34,601 nucleotides of DNA, from the IMG/VR virus record IMGVR_UViG_3300032330_001377, positions 1-34,601 of that record, one strand, 5' to 3'. Positions 8,756 to 18,578 of this stretch are shown here, piece by piece. Within the stretch, counting starts at the first letter, position 1; each line of letters opens with the position of its first letter. This stretch comes from a virus. Taxonomy: Duplodnaviria; Caudoviricetes. Both the position numbers and the translations under genes were made by a program. The notes beneath the pieces were generated by a model, which saw nothing but the letters and a program-made list of their open reading frames with translations, did no database searches and was not told the DNA's origin.

Positions 8756-9183
8756 GAATCTATACAGGCGGGACTTTCGATTTATTTCACGCGGGTCATG
8801 TTCGGTTTCTGGCTCGTTGTGCCGAACTGGGTGCTGTAACTGTTGCTCTAAATACTGACGATTTCATTTTGGAATACAAAGGCAAGTCGCCTGTGATGAG
8901 TTTTGATGAACGCCGCGAAGTCCTTGAGGCTTGCAAGTTTGTTGATGAAGTTGTGGCAAATTTTGGCGGTGTTGATTCGCGCCCAACTATTGAAATGGTC
9001 AAACCAGACATGGTTGTTATTGGTTCGGATTGGGCTGTTAAAGATTATTATAAACAGATGCAATTTGACCAAAATTGGTTAGACCAACGCAGCATAAGTC
9101 TTTGCTACATTCCTTATACTTCTGGTATTAGTTCTACTGACATTAAGGCTCGTATGCGCTTTAGCGGTAGAATAGACTCATAG
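8746..9183 (+). CDS. HIGH-family cytidylyltransferase (TagD/RfaE-II-like)
   Basis: GTFDLFHAGH, GSDW and YTSGISST motifs. Confidence 0.9.
   Translation: MGLRIYTGGTFDLFHAGHVRFLARCAELGAVTVALNTDDFILEYKGKSPVMSFDERREVLEACKFVDEVVANFGGVDSRPTIEMVKPDMVVIGSDWAVKDYYKQMQFDQNWLDQRSISLCYIPYTSGISSTDIKARMRFSGRIDS
9163..9176 (+). promoter_or_regulatory. putative late promoter -10 region (AGCGGTAGAATAGA)
   Basis: Second copy of the 14-mer at 1965; upstream of the neck/tail operon. Confidence 0.5.
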
Positions 9184-9198
9184 ATTTTAGGAGTCTTT

Positions 9199-9810
9199 GT
9201 GGCTATCACTAACGGTTATTGCACTTTGGCAGATGTTAAGGCTGCTTTGCGTATCCCATCTGCGGATACTATTGACGACACTATTTTAGAGGGCAACATT
9301 GAGGCTGCTTCGCGCCTTATTGATGGCTATACGATGCGCTCGTTTTACAATGCTGGAACTGCTGTCCGCTATTTTGCACCAGATAACATCATTTATCTAC
9401 CAGTTGATGATGCAGTAAGTATTAGTGAAGTGAAAAGTTCAAGCAATTTGAATACCACTTATGACATTACTTGGGATGCTGCTGATACCCAATTTGAACC
9501 GCTAAATGGTCGCGCTGATGGTATGACTGGCTGGCCTATTACTGGTATTCGTGCGGTAGGTGCTTATAACTTCACTCCGGCTCAGGGCATGGCTTCAGTT
9601 AAGGTAACTGGTGTTTGGGGTTGGTCTGCTGTGCCTAGTGCTGTAAAGCAAGCAACAATTATTCAGGCAAGTCGTATTTTTAAGCGTTTGGATTCTCCTC
9701 TTGGTGTGTTGTCATCACCAGATATGGGCTTTATTCGTGTTGGCACTCGACTTGACCCTGATGTTGCCATGCTTGTGAATCCTTACCGTATGTTGAGAAA
9801 TCTCGCATGA
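9199..9810 (+). CDS. head-tail connector (gp6/gp15-like adaptor)
   Basis: YCTLADVKAALRI...IEAASRLID, WGWSAVP.AVKQA, DPDV.ML..PYR; SD TAGGAG. Confidence 0.85.
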   Translation: MAITNGYCTLADVKAALRIPSADTIDDTILEGNIEAASRLIDGYTMRSFYNAGTAVRYFAPDNIIYLPVDDAVSISEVKSSSNLNTTYDITWDAADTQFEPLNGRADGMTGWPITGIRAVGAYNFTPAQGMASVKVTGVWGWSAVPSAVKQATIIQASRIFKRLDSPLGVLSSPDMGFIRVGTRLDPDVAMLVNPYRMLRNLA

Positions 9811-10211
9811 CAACTATTGGCGATATCAAGGCTGGTTTGGCAACTAATCTTGCCACTATTACTGGGATGCGCACTACTTCTCAGATTCCCGAGCAACCTC
9901 AGCCACCTGTCGCAATTATCACTTTGAATAACATCAATTATGACACTACTTTTGGTCGTGGTTTGGATGAATATTCTTTCACTATTACTGTCGTGGTTAG
10001 CAGGGCTGATGGGCGTAATGCTCAAAACCTTTTAGACCAGTATGTCGCTAAGACAGGAACGCTCTCGGTCAAGAGTGCGATAGAATTAGACCGTTCACTT
10101 AGTGGTTCTGCAAATGACTGCCGAGTAACTGGATTATCAACCTATGGTAATCTAACAATAGGTGAAACAAACTACCTAGCAGCCGAATGGTCTGTGACGG
10201 TTTTCGCATAG
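9807..10211 (+). CDS. tail terminator/completion protein
   Basis: Size and position between adaptor and tail tube; ATGA overlap. Confidence 0.65.
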   Translation: MTTIGDIKAGLATNLATITGMRTTSQIPEQPQPPVAIITLNNINYDTTFGRGLDEYSFTITVVVSRADGRNAQNLLDQYVAKTGTLSVKSAIELDRSLSGSANDCRVTGLSTYGNLTIGETNYLAAEWSVTVFA

Positions 10212-10223
10212 TAGGAGAATAAA

Positions 10224-10640
10224 TTGGCTAAGTTTCTTGCCACTCAGTTTCAGGTAACTCTAAATGGAACTGACTTGACCTCATCACTTCATGCCGTCAC
10301 ACTCGATGTGTCAAGCAACGAAGTTGATACCACCACTTTTGGAACTTCAGCAACTGTTTACAAGACTGTTGTTGGCGGTATCCTTTCAGGTTCAGCAAAG
10401 TTGGACTTCTATCAGGACTACGCTGCTGGTTCTGTTGATGCAACTATCTGGCCTCTAGTTAACACCGTAGGAACTTTGGTTATTAAGCCAGCAGGAACTA
10501 CTGTGTCGGCTACGAACCCCTCATATACAACAACTGTGCTTATCAATGGCTACACCCCAATTTCGGGTTCTATCGGCGACCTGTCGTCATTCTCAGTTAC
10601 TTGGCCTACTTCTGGTTCTGTAACTCGCGCAACTGCATAA
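10224..10640 (+). CDS. major tail tube protein
   Basis: Strong SD TAGGAG, TTG start; EVDTTTFG and SVTWP motifs; precedes chaperone. Confidence 0.8.
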   Translation: MAKFLATQFQVTLNGTDLTSSLHAVTLDVSSNEVDTTTFGTSATVYKTVVGGILSGSAKLDFYQDYAAGSVDATIWPLVNTVGTLVIKPAGTTVSATNPSYTTTVLINGYTPISGSIGDLSSFSVTWPTSGSVTRATA

Positions 10641-10649
10641 GGAAACTAA

Positions 10650-10910
10650 ATGAAAATCAATCTACGCGTTGAATTGAATACTGGTGATGTTAAGGAAGTA
10701 ACTTGTTCGGCTGCCGACCTTGTTGCTTTTGAAACCAAGTATGATATTTCGGTTACTTCGTTGGAATCGAATGTTAAATACACTCACCTTTTGTTTTTGG
10801 CATGGACTAGCGAAAAGCGTCGCAAGGAAACAACTAAGGACTTTGAGTCTTGGGTTGAGGATGTTGCCTCAGTTGGGGCAAGTGACCTAGACCCAAAATC
10901 AAAGGGTTAG
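10650..10910 (+). CDS. tail assembly chaperone (G)
   Basis: Between tail tube and tape measure; slippery C CCA AAA near the end. Confidence 0.8.
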   Translation: MKINLRVELNTGDVKEVTCSAADLVAFETKYDISVTSLESNVKYTHLLFLAWTSEKRRKETTKDFESWVEDVASVGASDLDPKSKG

Positions 10911-11056
10911 GCGAAACTTCAGCCCATTGGCATATTGCTGCGTTGGCTTGTGAAACCGGCATAGCGCCTAGTGTGTTGATGCAAGAGTCTGACCGAATGA
11001 TTTTTACTATGAGTCGTTATTTGGTTGCTAGAGCGCAAGCACAAAATTCTTACTAA
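10650..11056 (+). CDS. tail assembly chaperone G-T via -1 frameshift at CCCAAAA (10892-10898)
   Basis: The -1 frame continues IKGLGETSAHWHIAALACETGIAPSVLMQESDRMIFTMSRYLVARAQAQNSY* and stops just before a terminator. Confidence 0.8.
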
Positions 11057-11059
11057 AGA

Positions 11060-11087
11060 GGCCACCCGCAAGGGTGGTTTTCTTTTT
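11060..11087 (+). terminator. intrinsic terminator
   Basis: GGCCACCC-GCAA-GGGTGGTT stem with GNRA loop, then T-tract. Confidence 0.85.
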
Positions 11088-11093
11088 GCTCGG

Positions 11094-11108
11094 TAGACTT
11101 GTTGTATG
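11094..11108 (+). promoter_or_regulatory. -10 element TAGACT 6 nt before ATG; leaderless transcript
   Basis: GG-TAGACT-TGTTGT-ATG immediately after a terminator, no SD. Confidence 0.6.
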
Positions 11109-11735
11109 GCTATTAGCAATTTTACTGTAACGACTGCTAATGGCAGGGTTGCGGTTGCTTTTACTGATGTTCGCCCGATGATTAAAATTTTGGGTGAAAT
11201 TGACCGAGGACATGTTGTTGCTTTGAGGGCTAAGGCTCGTGAGATTGCTAAGCCTGTTGAGGATGCTATTAGGCGTGGTATTCCATCTGCACCGCCTTTG
11301 TCTGGTATGACTCCAAAGGTTATTCCGGGTCGTTTGACTTGGGGAACTGGTTTTCCTGTGAAGTCTACGACTATTCAGACTCCGCGTTTGGCTGTGAAAA
11401 GGCAGTATAACTCGATTGTTCGTGTTAGGACTCGTTCTGGTGCTGTGGGTATTGCTGATATGGCTGGTCGTAGTCGTAGGTCTATGAATAAATATGAATA
11501 CACTCGTGAATATCCATATAGTCGCTCTAAGACTGGTCAGCGTAAGCATAAAATTACGCGTATTGGTTCGCAGAAATTTATTATGAATTTGAATAGTGGT
11601 AGAGGTGTCGTTAAGGGTAGTGCTTCTCGTTTTGTTTGGCCTAGTGGCGAAAAGGCATTACCTTTTGCACAGTATAAAATGGAATCAGTTTTGAATCAGT
11701 ATGCAACTTTAGTTAATGCCAAGTTGAGAGGGTAA
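11106..11735 (+). CDS. basic tail/neck protein (HK97 gp10-like, tentative)
   Basis: Arg/Lys-rich, RFVWP near C-terminus, directly upstream of tape measure. Confidence 0.55.
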   Translation: MAISNFTVTTANGRVAVAFTDVRPMIKILGEIDRGHVVALRAKAREIAKPVEDAIRRGIPSAPPLSGMTPKVIPGRLTWGTGFPVKSTTIQTPRLAVKRQYNSIVRVRTRSGAVGIADMAGRSRRSMNKYEYTREYPYSRSKTGQRKHKITRIGSQKFIMNLNSGRGVVKGSASRFVWPSGEKALPFAQYKMESVLNQYATLVNAKLRG

Positions 11736-11737
11736 TT

Positions 11738-14446
11738 ATGGCTGGCAATATTATTCTCCCAATTTTTTCTACTTTTAATGCTTCTGGTGTTCGTCAGGCT
11801 CAGCAGTCTTTGGGTGGATTGTCTGGTGCTGTTTCTAGTCTTGGTAAATCTATGGCTAGTGCTGCTAAAGGGTTTATTGCTTTTCAAGCAACTTCTATGC
11901 TTGTAAATTTTGCTGTTGGCACTATTACTCAGGCTCGTGACCTGCAACGCAATATTCAATCTTTGGGCATCATTTTTAAGGATGCTACTCCACAGATGGA
12001 GGCGTTTGCTCGTTCTGCTAACTCTATTGGTTTGTCTACTTCTCAGGCTGCTCAGGCTTCAACATTTTTGGGTTCGGTTCTTAAGGGTGCTGGTTTTGAT
12101 ACGGCTAGGACTGCTCAGGAAACCCAGAAACTTGTTGGTTTGGCTTCGGACTTGGCAACTGTTTATGGTTACGATGTTTCTGAGGCTTTGACTGGTATTA
12201 CGGCTTTGTTCCGTGGTGAGTATGACCCCATTGAGAAGTTTGGTGTTGCTATTAAGCAGCAGCAGGTTAATGCTGTTTTGGCTGCTAAGGGTCTTGGTCA
12301 TTTGACTGGTGTTGAGTTGCTTAATGCTCAGCAGCAGGTTCGTTTGGAACTGTTGTATGCGCGAACGGCAGCAGCGCAGGGTGCTTTTGCTAAGGGTTCT
12401 GGCACTTTGTTTGTGGCTCAGAAGAAACTTGAGTCGGCTTTTATTGATTTTCAGGCTACTTTGGGTCAGAAACTTACTCCTGTTTTGACTGAGTATATGC
12501 AGAAATTGTTGCCTATGCTTAATATGTCGTCTGCACCTGCTGGTAACTTTTTTCAGGGTATTGCTGATTCTATGAAAGCAATAATGCCTTTGCTTGCTCC
12601 TATTGGTAATCTTTTTGGCATTATTTTAAATGTTGTTGGTCAGTTGATGATGGCTCTCGCCCCATTGATTGAGACTTTGTCTGGCAGTTTGGCAAATGTT
12701 CTTATGGCTTTGATGCCAGTTTTCCAATTTTTAGCAGATATTATTGGTGGCGTCGCTACTGCTGCTGGTTCTGCATTATCAATAGCGTTAGATACTTTAG
12801 CAATTTCTTTAAGAATTATTTTAGGTTTGCTTACAAGTTTTATGAGTATTTTTAGTCCAATCATTGACCCAATTATGGGTTTTTTGGGCGCTGTTGTTGG
12901 TGGACTGAAAGACATGGCTTCAGGTCTGCATGGTGTTGCAAACCTTGTTTTGGGAACTGATACTACTTCAATCGCACCATCTGATGAAACTAGCCGTTTG
13001 ACTCGTCAGCGTTTGGACAGACTTGGTGTCTATATGACTGGCGATAATTCGGGTCAGCAACAGCAACAGCAAAAAGCCAAAAATTATGTTAAAGATTTTT
13101 ATTCAAGTATTTCTGATGAAATTGCTAAACAAAATGCTCGTCTAAAACTTTCAGGTCTTGGTGCTTCTGAGGCGCTTATTAATAGCATTGTTTCCGGTGA
13201 TGGTTGGAAAAAGGTTTATACCGACATTATTGCTGGTGGCGCTGCTGGTGTGGCTAAGTTGCAGGAACAGTTTAATAAGACTAAGACTGGTGCTGATGAG
13301 TTGGCTGCTTCTGCTAAACAGGCTGCTGATGAATTGGCTGCTTGGGAACAGGCCATGTCTGATATGGCTGACCAGATTTCTACTTTTAATAAGGGTATGA
13401 ATGATTTGTTAAAGGCTTTGTCGCCTTTGCCTTTGGTTTCTCGCACTTTTGGCGAGTTTGAATCTGCTGTTGTTGATGCTTTTGATGCTATTACTAATAG
13501 TTTGACTGATGCTGTTGATAATAAACTTTTGTTTCAGTCATCTGCTGATGATTTGGCTGCTTTTGCTAAGAATACTAAAACTACTTTGGCTGGTATTGCT
13601 CGTCAGCGTGATGAGATTGCTAAGCGTATTGCTGATGCTAATGATTTGATTGCTTCTACTAAAAATGCTGTTATTGGGTTTGGCAATATTACTAGTTTGT
13701 TGGAGTCGCAGTCGCAGACGATTGTTGAGACTACTACTTCTGTTGTTGATGGTATTCGTTTGACTTTGACTAAGAGCCTTGATGTGCAGGGTCTTGTTGG
13801 TGATTTGACTGCTAATTTCCAAAAGGTTTTGGATAAGACTAAGAAGTTTGCTGCTGACCTTAAAGAACTTCGCCGTCTTGGTTTGGACAAAAACCTATTT
13901 AAGCAGATTGTTGATGCTGGTGTCGAGTCTGGTGGGGCTACTGCTGCTGCGATTATTGCTGGTGGTTCGGCTACTGTTTCTGAGTTGAATTCGGTATTTG
14001 CTGATTTGGATATGGTTGGTGCTGATATTGCTGAGCAGACTGCTCAGGTGATGTTTGGTGCTGGTGTTGATATTACTAATGGTCTTATTGCTGGTTTGAT
14101 GGCTCAGGATAATGCGTTGATGGGTGCTGCACAGGCTTTGGCTGATGCGTTTACTTCTACTTTTAATGCGCGTATGACTGATTTTATGAATTCTGATGCT
14201 TATAAGATGGCTGGTTTGTTTAGCCCTAATTTGGGTGGTGTTGCTGAAAGTATTAATGTTGGTGGTGGAAGTATTGCTACTGGTAATGATTTGGCTTTCC
14301 GCGCTGCTTCGGTTGGTCGTGGCACAGTTTATGAAATTAATATCAATGCTGGTATGGTAACTGATAAGGCAGAGTTGGGTCAGACCATTGTTGATAGTAT
14401 TACTCGTTATGAGCGCACTAATGGTAGTGTTTGGCAGCGTGTGTAA
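11738..14446 (+). CDS. tape measure protein
   Basis: 902 aa, Ala/Gly-rich helical; DLA..YG, GEYDPIEKFGV motif, hydrophobic repeats. Confidence 0.9.
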   Translation: MAGNIILPIFSTFNASGVRQAQQSLGGLSGAVSSLGKSMASAAKGFIAFQATSMLVNFAVGTITQARDLQRNIQSLGIIFKDATPQMEAFARSANSIGLSTSQAAQASTFLGSVLKGAGFDTARTAQETQKLVGLASDLATVYGYDVSEALTGITALFRGEYDPIEKFGVAIKQQQVNAVLAAKGLGHLTGVELLNAQQQVRLELLYARTAAAQGAFAKGSGTLFVAQKKLESAFIDFQATLGQKLTPVLTEYMQKLLPMLNMSSAPAGNFFQGIADSMKAIMPLLAPIGNLFGIILNVVGQLMMALAPLIETLSGSLANVLMALMPVFQFLADIIGGVATAAGSALSIALDTLAISLRIILGLLTSFMSIFSPIIDPIMGFLGAVVGGLKDMASGLHGVANLVLGTDTTSIAPSDETSRLTRQRLDRLGVYMTGDNSGQQQQQQKAKNYVKDFYSSISDEIAKQNARLKLSGLGASEALINSIVSGDGWKKVYTDIIAGGAAGVAKLQEQFNKTKTGADELAASAKQAADELAAWEQAMSDMADQISTFNKGMNDLLKALSPLPLVSRTFGEFESAVVDAFDAITNSLTDAVDNKLLFQSSADDLAAFAKNTKTTLAGIARQRDEIAKRIADANDLIASTKNAVIGFGNITSLLESQSQTIVETTTSVVDGIRLTLTKSLDVQGLVGDLTANFQKVLDKTKKFAADLKELRRLGLDKNLFKQIVDAGVESGGATAAAIIAGGSATVSELNSVFADLDMVGADIAEQTAQVMFGAGVDITNGLIAGLMAQDNALMGAAQALADAFTSTFNARMTDFMNSDAYKMAGLFSPNLGGVAESINVGGGSIATGNDLAFRAASVGRGTVYEININAGMVTDKAELGQTIVDSITRYERTNGSVWQRV

Positions 14447-15669
14447 TGGCTTTACCTGTTCGTAAGGTTGAACTTGGTTTTGATGAGAATTCGCCGGGTT
14501 CTTGGTTTACTTTGGATGACCCTGTTGCCGGAAAACTTGACAATACTCAATACTTTTTGTCTGGTGCTTCTTATTATGATGTAACTCAATATGTAAAAAG
14601 TGTTTCTTTGAGTCGCGGTAAGAACCGTGAACTTGACCGTTTTAATGCTGGTTCAGCGAATGTGCAGTTTAATAATCAAAATCGTTATTTTGACCCAACT
14701 AATACTTCTTCGCCTTTTTATGGTCAGATTGTTCCGCGCCGTGAGGTAAGAATTACTGCTGGAACTGTTGTGCAGTTTTATGGTTTGGTTGATGACTGGA
14801 ATTTGTCTTACAACATTAGTGGACAGTCTGATGCTGCTTTGACTGCTTTTGATGGTTTTTCGGCTTTGGCTAGTCAAACTATTACGGCTGGAACGGCTAC
14901 TTCTCAGTTGTCTGGTGCGCGTATTAATGCTGTGTTGTCTGACCCGGGTGTGAATTGGTCTGCTGCTAATCGTGCTATTGATGCTGGTGGACAGACTTTA
15001 CAGGCTGATGTTATTAATACTGGCACTAATGTGATGCAATACATTAATACTATTGAGCAGTCTGAGCCGGGCATTTTCTTTATTAGCAAGGATGGTAAGG
15101 CTACTTTCAAAGACCGTAATGCGGTTATTGTGAGTTCTGGTGCTGTTGTTTTGTCAGATGATGGTTCTGGTATTCCTTATGGCGATATTCAGGTCAATTA
15201 TGGGTCTGAGTTGTTGTTTAATCAGGCTGAGTTGAGTCGTTTGAATGGTGGTAAGGCTGTTGCTGATGATTTGTTGTCGCAGCAGACTTATGGTGTTAAG
15301 ACTTATTCGGCTGATGGTCTGTTGATGAATTCTGATACGGCTTTGGGTTCTTTGGCTGTTTATTTGGTTTCTCAGTATGCGAATCCTGAGTATCGTTTTG
15401 AGTCTGTAACTATCCCTATGAATAAGTTGTCTACAGTTCAGCAGAATTCTATTTTGGGGCTTGAAATTGGGTCTGTTTGTCGTATCAAATTTCAGCCTAA
15501 TAAAACTGGGTCTGTAATTGATAAATATGCTGAGGTTATAGGTATTCAGAATCAGATGGGCATTAGCGACCATAAAGTTACTTTGTCTTTTCAGACTATT
15601 GATGCTACCTATTTTGTGCTAGATGATGTGGCTTTTGGTTTGCTAGACTATAACTCGTTAGGTTTTTAG
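14446..15669 (+). CDS. minor tail (tail tip/hub) protein
   Basis: Follows tape measure with TAATG overlap; SRG.NRELDRF.AG and SGARI.AVL motifs. Confidence 0.75.
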   Translation: MALPVRKVELGFDENSPGSWFTLDDPVAGKLDNTQYFLSGASYYDVTQYVKSVSLSRGKNRELDRFNAGSANVQFNNQNRYFDPTNTSSPFYGQIVPRREVRITAGTVVQFYGLVDDWNLSYNISGQSDAALTAFDGFSALASQTITAGTATSQLSGARINAVLSDPGVNWSAANRAIDAGGQTLQADVINTGTNVMQYINTIEQSEPGIFFISKDGKATFKDRNAVIVSSGAVVLSDDGSGIPYGDIQVNYGSELLFNQAELSRLNGGKAVADDLLSQQTYGVKTYSADGLLMNSDTALGSLAVYLVSQYANPEYRFESVTIPMNKLSTVQQNSILGLEIGSVCRIKFQPNKTGSVIDKYAEVIGIQNQMGISDHKVTLSFQTIDATYFVLDDVAFGLLDYNSLGF

Positions 15670-15678
15670 GAGTATTTA

Positions 15679-16209
15679 ATGGCTGGTTCAGGTTGGCGCA
15701 CTTTTAGTGCTGGTGCTGTTCTTTCGGCAGCGCAGGTTCAAAACTATCTTCAAGACCAAGTTGTTCAGGTTTATGCGACTACTTCGGCGCGTTCGTCTGC
15801 GCTTGGCACTTCGGTTGCGACAGGCATGGTTTCGTTTGTTACGGCTTCTGAAGGGCTTGACCTTTATACGCATGGTGTTTGGACTGGGTTGAACTATTCG
15901 ACCATTACTAGCAGCACTGTGACGGCTTACACTGCTACTGCTGCTGATGCGAACACAACTTTTGTTTCGTCTAATGCTTCGGCGCAGACCATTGTGATTC
16001 CTGACTTGTTTGACATTGGTGAGCGTATTGACATTGTGCGTGATGGTGCTGGAACTGTGAGTATTTCGGCTGGAACTGGTGTGACTACTTGGGCTGGTGC
16101 TGGAACTGCTGGAACGGCTAAATCGTTTGCTATGGGAACTCAATACAGCGCGGCTTCGGTTATTAAAGTTGCCGCGAACTCTTATCGTGTGATTGGTGCT
16201 GTGGCCTAA
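15679..16209 (+). CDS. minor tail protein
   Basis: F.AGAVLSAAQV.NYL..Q N-terminus; Thr/Ala-rich; SD TAGGAG. Confidence 0.7.
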   Translation: MAGSGWRTFSAGAVLSAAQVQNYLQDQVVQVYATTSARSSALGTSVATGMVSFVTASEGLDLYTHGVWTGLNYSTITSSTVTAYTATAADANTTFVSSNASAQTIVIPDLFDIGERIDIVRDGAGTVSISAGTGVTTWAGAGTAGTAKSFAMGTQYSAASVIKVAANSYRVIGAVA

Positions 16210-17495
16210 TGCTTATACCACTTGGCTTTATTGGTCAGGGTAGTGGAACTAGCAGCGCACCCGGTCCGTGGTGGTATGCCATTGTTTCTGATACTAGCGG
16301 TGTAACTCAGGTTTATAGCACTGATTTGGCTACTGATAATGCTGGTAATGCTTACTTTGAATATTCAGGCACAGGCCCAACTTATCAAGAGCCTAAAATA
16401 TATAAAATTGATAACACTGGTGCTGTAACTTGGGTTAGACGCCTTTATGGTTCGACTTGGTCACAAGATATGAACCATATTCAATGGGCTAATGGTGCTA
16501 TTTATGCCGCTGGAGTAAATGGCACAGGGTCTGTTCAAAACAATTATGTTCAAAAATTGAACGCCGATGGCACAGCCGCAGTAAATCAAAGTATCAACAT
16601 GGCTACGGCAACGAGCCAAAATTATGGTATTACAGCAGATACTTCAGGTAATACTTACACTTTAGGTGCTTATTACACAGGCTCTACCTATAATAATTTT
16701 ATTACTCAAATTGTTCCTGCTGGAACTTTGGGTTGGGGTCTATATTGGTCAGGTTATGATAATTTCAACGCAATTATGTGGGGAACAAATAACTTATATA
16801 TGCATAGGAATGGTCAAAACTATAAGTTTAACTCTTCTGGCACTGTTATAAATTCTCGTTCTTATACCACTACACCTGCTATTGCTTATCAGGGTAAAAA
16901 ATTTGGCATAGATTCATCAGATAATAGTTATAAGGCTGGCGGTAATGGTAGTTCCGCTTTAATTATGAAATTTGATACTGACCTTTTATTGACTTGGGGT
17001 AAAACTTTTACCATTTCGGCTGGTTTTGGCGGTTATACCTGCGGTTCTTCAATAGATTCTTCTAACAATGTATACGCTTGGTTTGTAGCCCCGGGTCAAA
17101 ACAAATCAATGATTGTTATCAAAGTAAATAGTGCTGGCACAGTCCTATGGCAAAGAAGTTTTGCTTTTAGAATCAGCGGTTCTTACCCATACATTTATGG
17201 TGGCGTAGCGGCTAATTATTCTAATGGTGATTTGATTATTAGCCTGTATCAGGATACAACTACTCAAAGACCACAGATAATTGCTAAATTACCTGCTGAT
17301 GGAACTAAAACTGGAACTTATACTTCTGGTAGTTATTCTTTTGACTGGACAGCAGAATCTTATACAATTACAACTTTTACCGCTACATATGGAAGTGCTA
17401 ATACACCAATTACTAATACTCCAACTATTAGCACTGCTGCACCATCAAATGCTGCCTATGCAAGTTATACTTTAAGCAAAACAGATGTCCCATAG
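16209..17495 (+). CDS. putative receptor-binding protein with beta-propeller repeats
   Basis: Repeats of [IA]D[SN]..N.Y and K.[DN]..G...W.R; AT-richer than its neighbours. Confidence 0.7.
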   Translation: MLIPLGFIGQGSGTSSAPGPWWYAIVSDTSGVTQVYSTDLATDNAGNAYFEYSGTGPTYQEPKIYKIDNTGAVTWVRRLYGSTWSQDMNHIQWANGAIYAAGVNGTGSVQNNYVQKLNADGTAAVNQSINMATATSQNYGITADTSGNTYTLGAYYTGSTYNNFITQIVPAGTLGWGLYWSGYDNFNAIMWGTNNLYMHRNGQNYKFNSSGTVINSRSYTTTPAIAYQGKKFGIDSSDNSYKAGGNGSSALIMKFDTDLLLTWGKTFTISAGFGGYTCGSSIDSSNNVYAWFVAPGQNKSMIVIKVNSAGTVLWQRSFAFRISGSYPYIYGGVAANYSNGDLIISLYQDTTTQRPQIIAKLPADGTKTGTYTSGSYSFDWTAESYTITTFTATYGSANTPITNTPTISTAAPSNAAYASYTLSKTDVP

Positions 17496-17503
17496 GAGAT
17501 AAA

Positions 17504-17839
17504 ATGGCTTTTTTCTATAACACTCAAACTAAAGAGTTTCCGATTTTTCTAGGTGATGTTCAGATTACACACCCTGATTGGGATGGTAATGTTGAAAATC
17601 CGCCTACTCACCTAGTTTGGGTAGAAGATGCTGCTATTGAATGGCAAGAAGATAAAATTATTGAAGATGCAGAACCAAAACAAATTAACGGTGTTTGGAT
17701 TCGTCAATATACTGTGAGAGACCTTAATGCGGCTGAAAAGGCTAGAAAAGACGCACCTAAGACTGCAAAAGCAAAACTTAAAGCATTGGGTTTGTCAGAT
17801 GTCGAAATTGAGGCACTTTCGCAAGGTCTGATTCGTTAG
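17504..17839 (+). CDS. hypothetical protein (tail fibre chaperone-like)
   Basis: Follows RBP; SD TAGGAG; AKAKLKALGLSD.EI.AL C-terminus. Confidence 0.55.
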   Translation: MAFFYNTQTKEFPIFLGDVQITHPDWDGNVENPPTHLVWVEDAAIEWQEDKIIEDAEPKQINGVWIRQYTVRDLNAAEKARKDAPKTAKAKLKALGLSDVEIEALSQGLIR

Positions 17840-17898
17840 TCGGCTAAACTAAACCTGTAAACGCACCGATTCTACGCTCGGTTTTTTGAGAGAGCATT

Positions 17899-18117
17899 AT
17901 GGAATCCGAGAACATACCTGCATGGGCGATTGAACTTATTAAACAGGTTGAGCGCCTGAATGAGAAGTTGCCTAACCATGTTGAGTGGGTTGAGCGTAAC
18001 ATGAAAGACCATGAGTTGCGTATTCGCGCTCTTGAACAATTCAAGTGGGTTTTGGTTGGTTTGGCGTTTGCTTCTGGCGGTATTTCGGCAGCGATTATGA
18101 AGGTTGTGGGTGGCTAA
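17899..18117 (+). CDS. coiled-coil + C-terminal TM protein (lysis accessory/holin-like)
   Basis: DHELRIRALEQFKW then hydrophobic helix; precedes endolysin. Confidence 0.65.
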   Translation: MESENIPAWAIELIKQVERLNEKLPNHVEWVERNMKDHELRIRALEQFKWVLVGLAFASGGISAAIMKVVGG

Positions 18118-18578
18118 TGTCTTGGGTGATGCCTGTAAAAAAAGTTAAACTTGGCACTTTGTTTGGTGTTAAGGATGCGTTGCACCCGAATGGGCATCGT
18201 GGCACTGACTATAACGGTTTTGCTGCTGGTGAGCCGTTGTTTGCTGTTTCGGATGGCAAGATTGTAATTAATGAGTGGTCTGATGGCCTTGGTTGGGTTG
18301 CTGTGCTTGAAGTGATGGTGGATGGTAAGCCTAAGAGTTTTGGTTATTGTCATTTGGTTGAGCAGTCACCGCATAATGTTGGTCATCCGTTGAAATGTGG
18401 TGAGGTTGTTGGTAAGGCTGGCACTTCTGGCAAGTTTTCGAGTGGGGTTCATTTGCATCTTACTTTGTCTGATACTCGTAAGGGTGTTTTTGCTGGTGCT
18501 GTGGCTGATGCTCACAAGTTTTTGACTGCGCGTATAGCAGCCTCTAAGACGCTTATTGCTAATCCTGAGGGTCACTGA
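18117..18578 (+). CDS. M23 peptidase endolysin
   Basis: HRGTD (HxxxD), YCHL and SSGVHLH (HxH); start at ATG 18117. Confidence 0.9.
   Translation: MSWVMPVKKVKLGTLFGVKDALHPNGHRGTDYNGFAAGEPLFAVSDGKIVINEWSDGLGWVAVLEVMVDGKPKSFGYCHLVEQSPHNVGHPLKCGEVVGKAGTSGKFSSGVHLHLTLSDTRKGVFAGAVADAHKFLTARIAASKTLIANPEGH

Noticed and set aside
13054-13071. Poly-Gln (CAG/CAA) run in tape measure as a phase-variable repeat
   Set aside because: Six mixed codons, in frame; likely a flexible linker.
16209-17495. Diversity-generating retroelement target in the RBP
   Set aside because: No reverse transcriptase and no TR/VR repeat pair seen.
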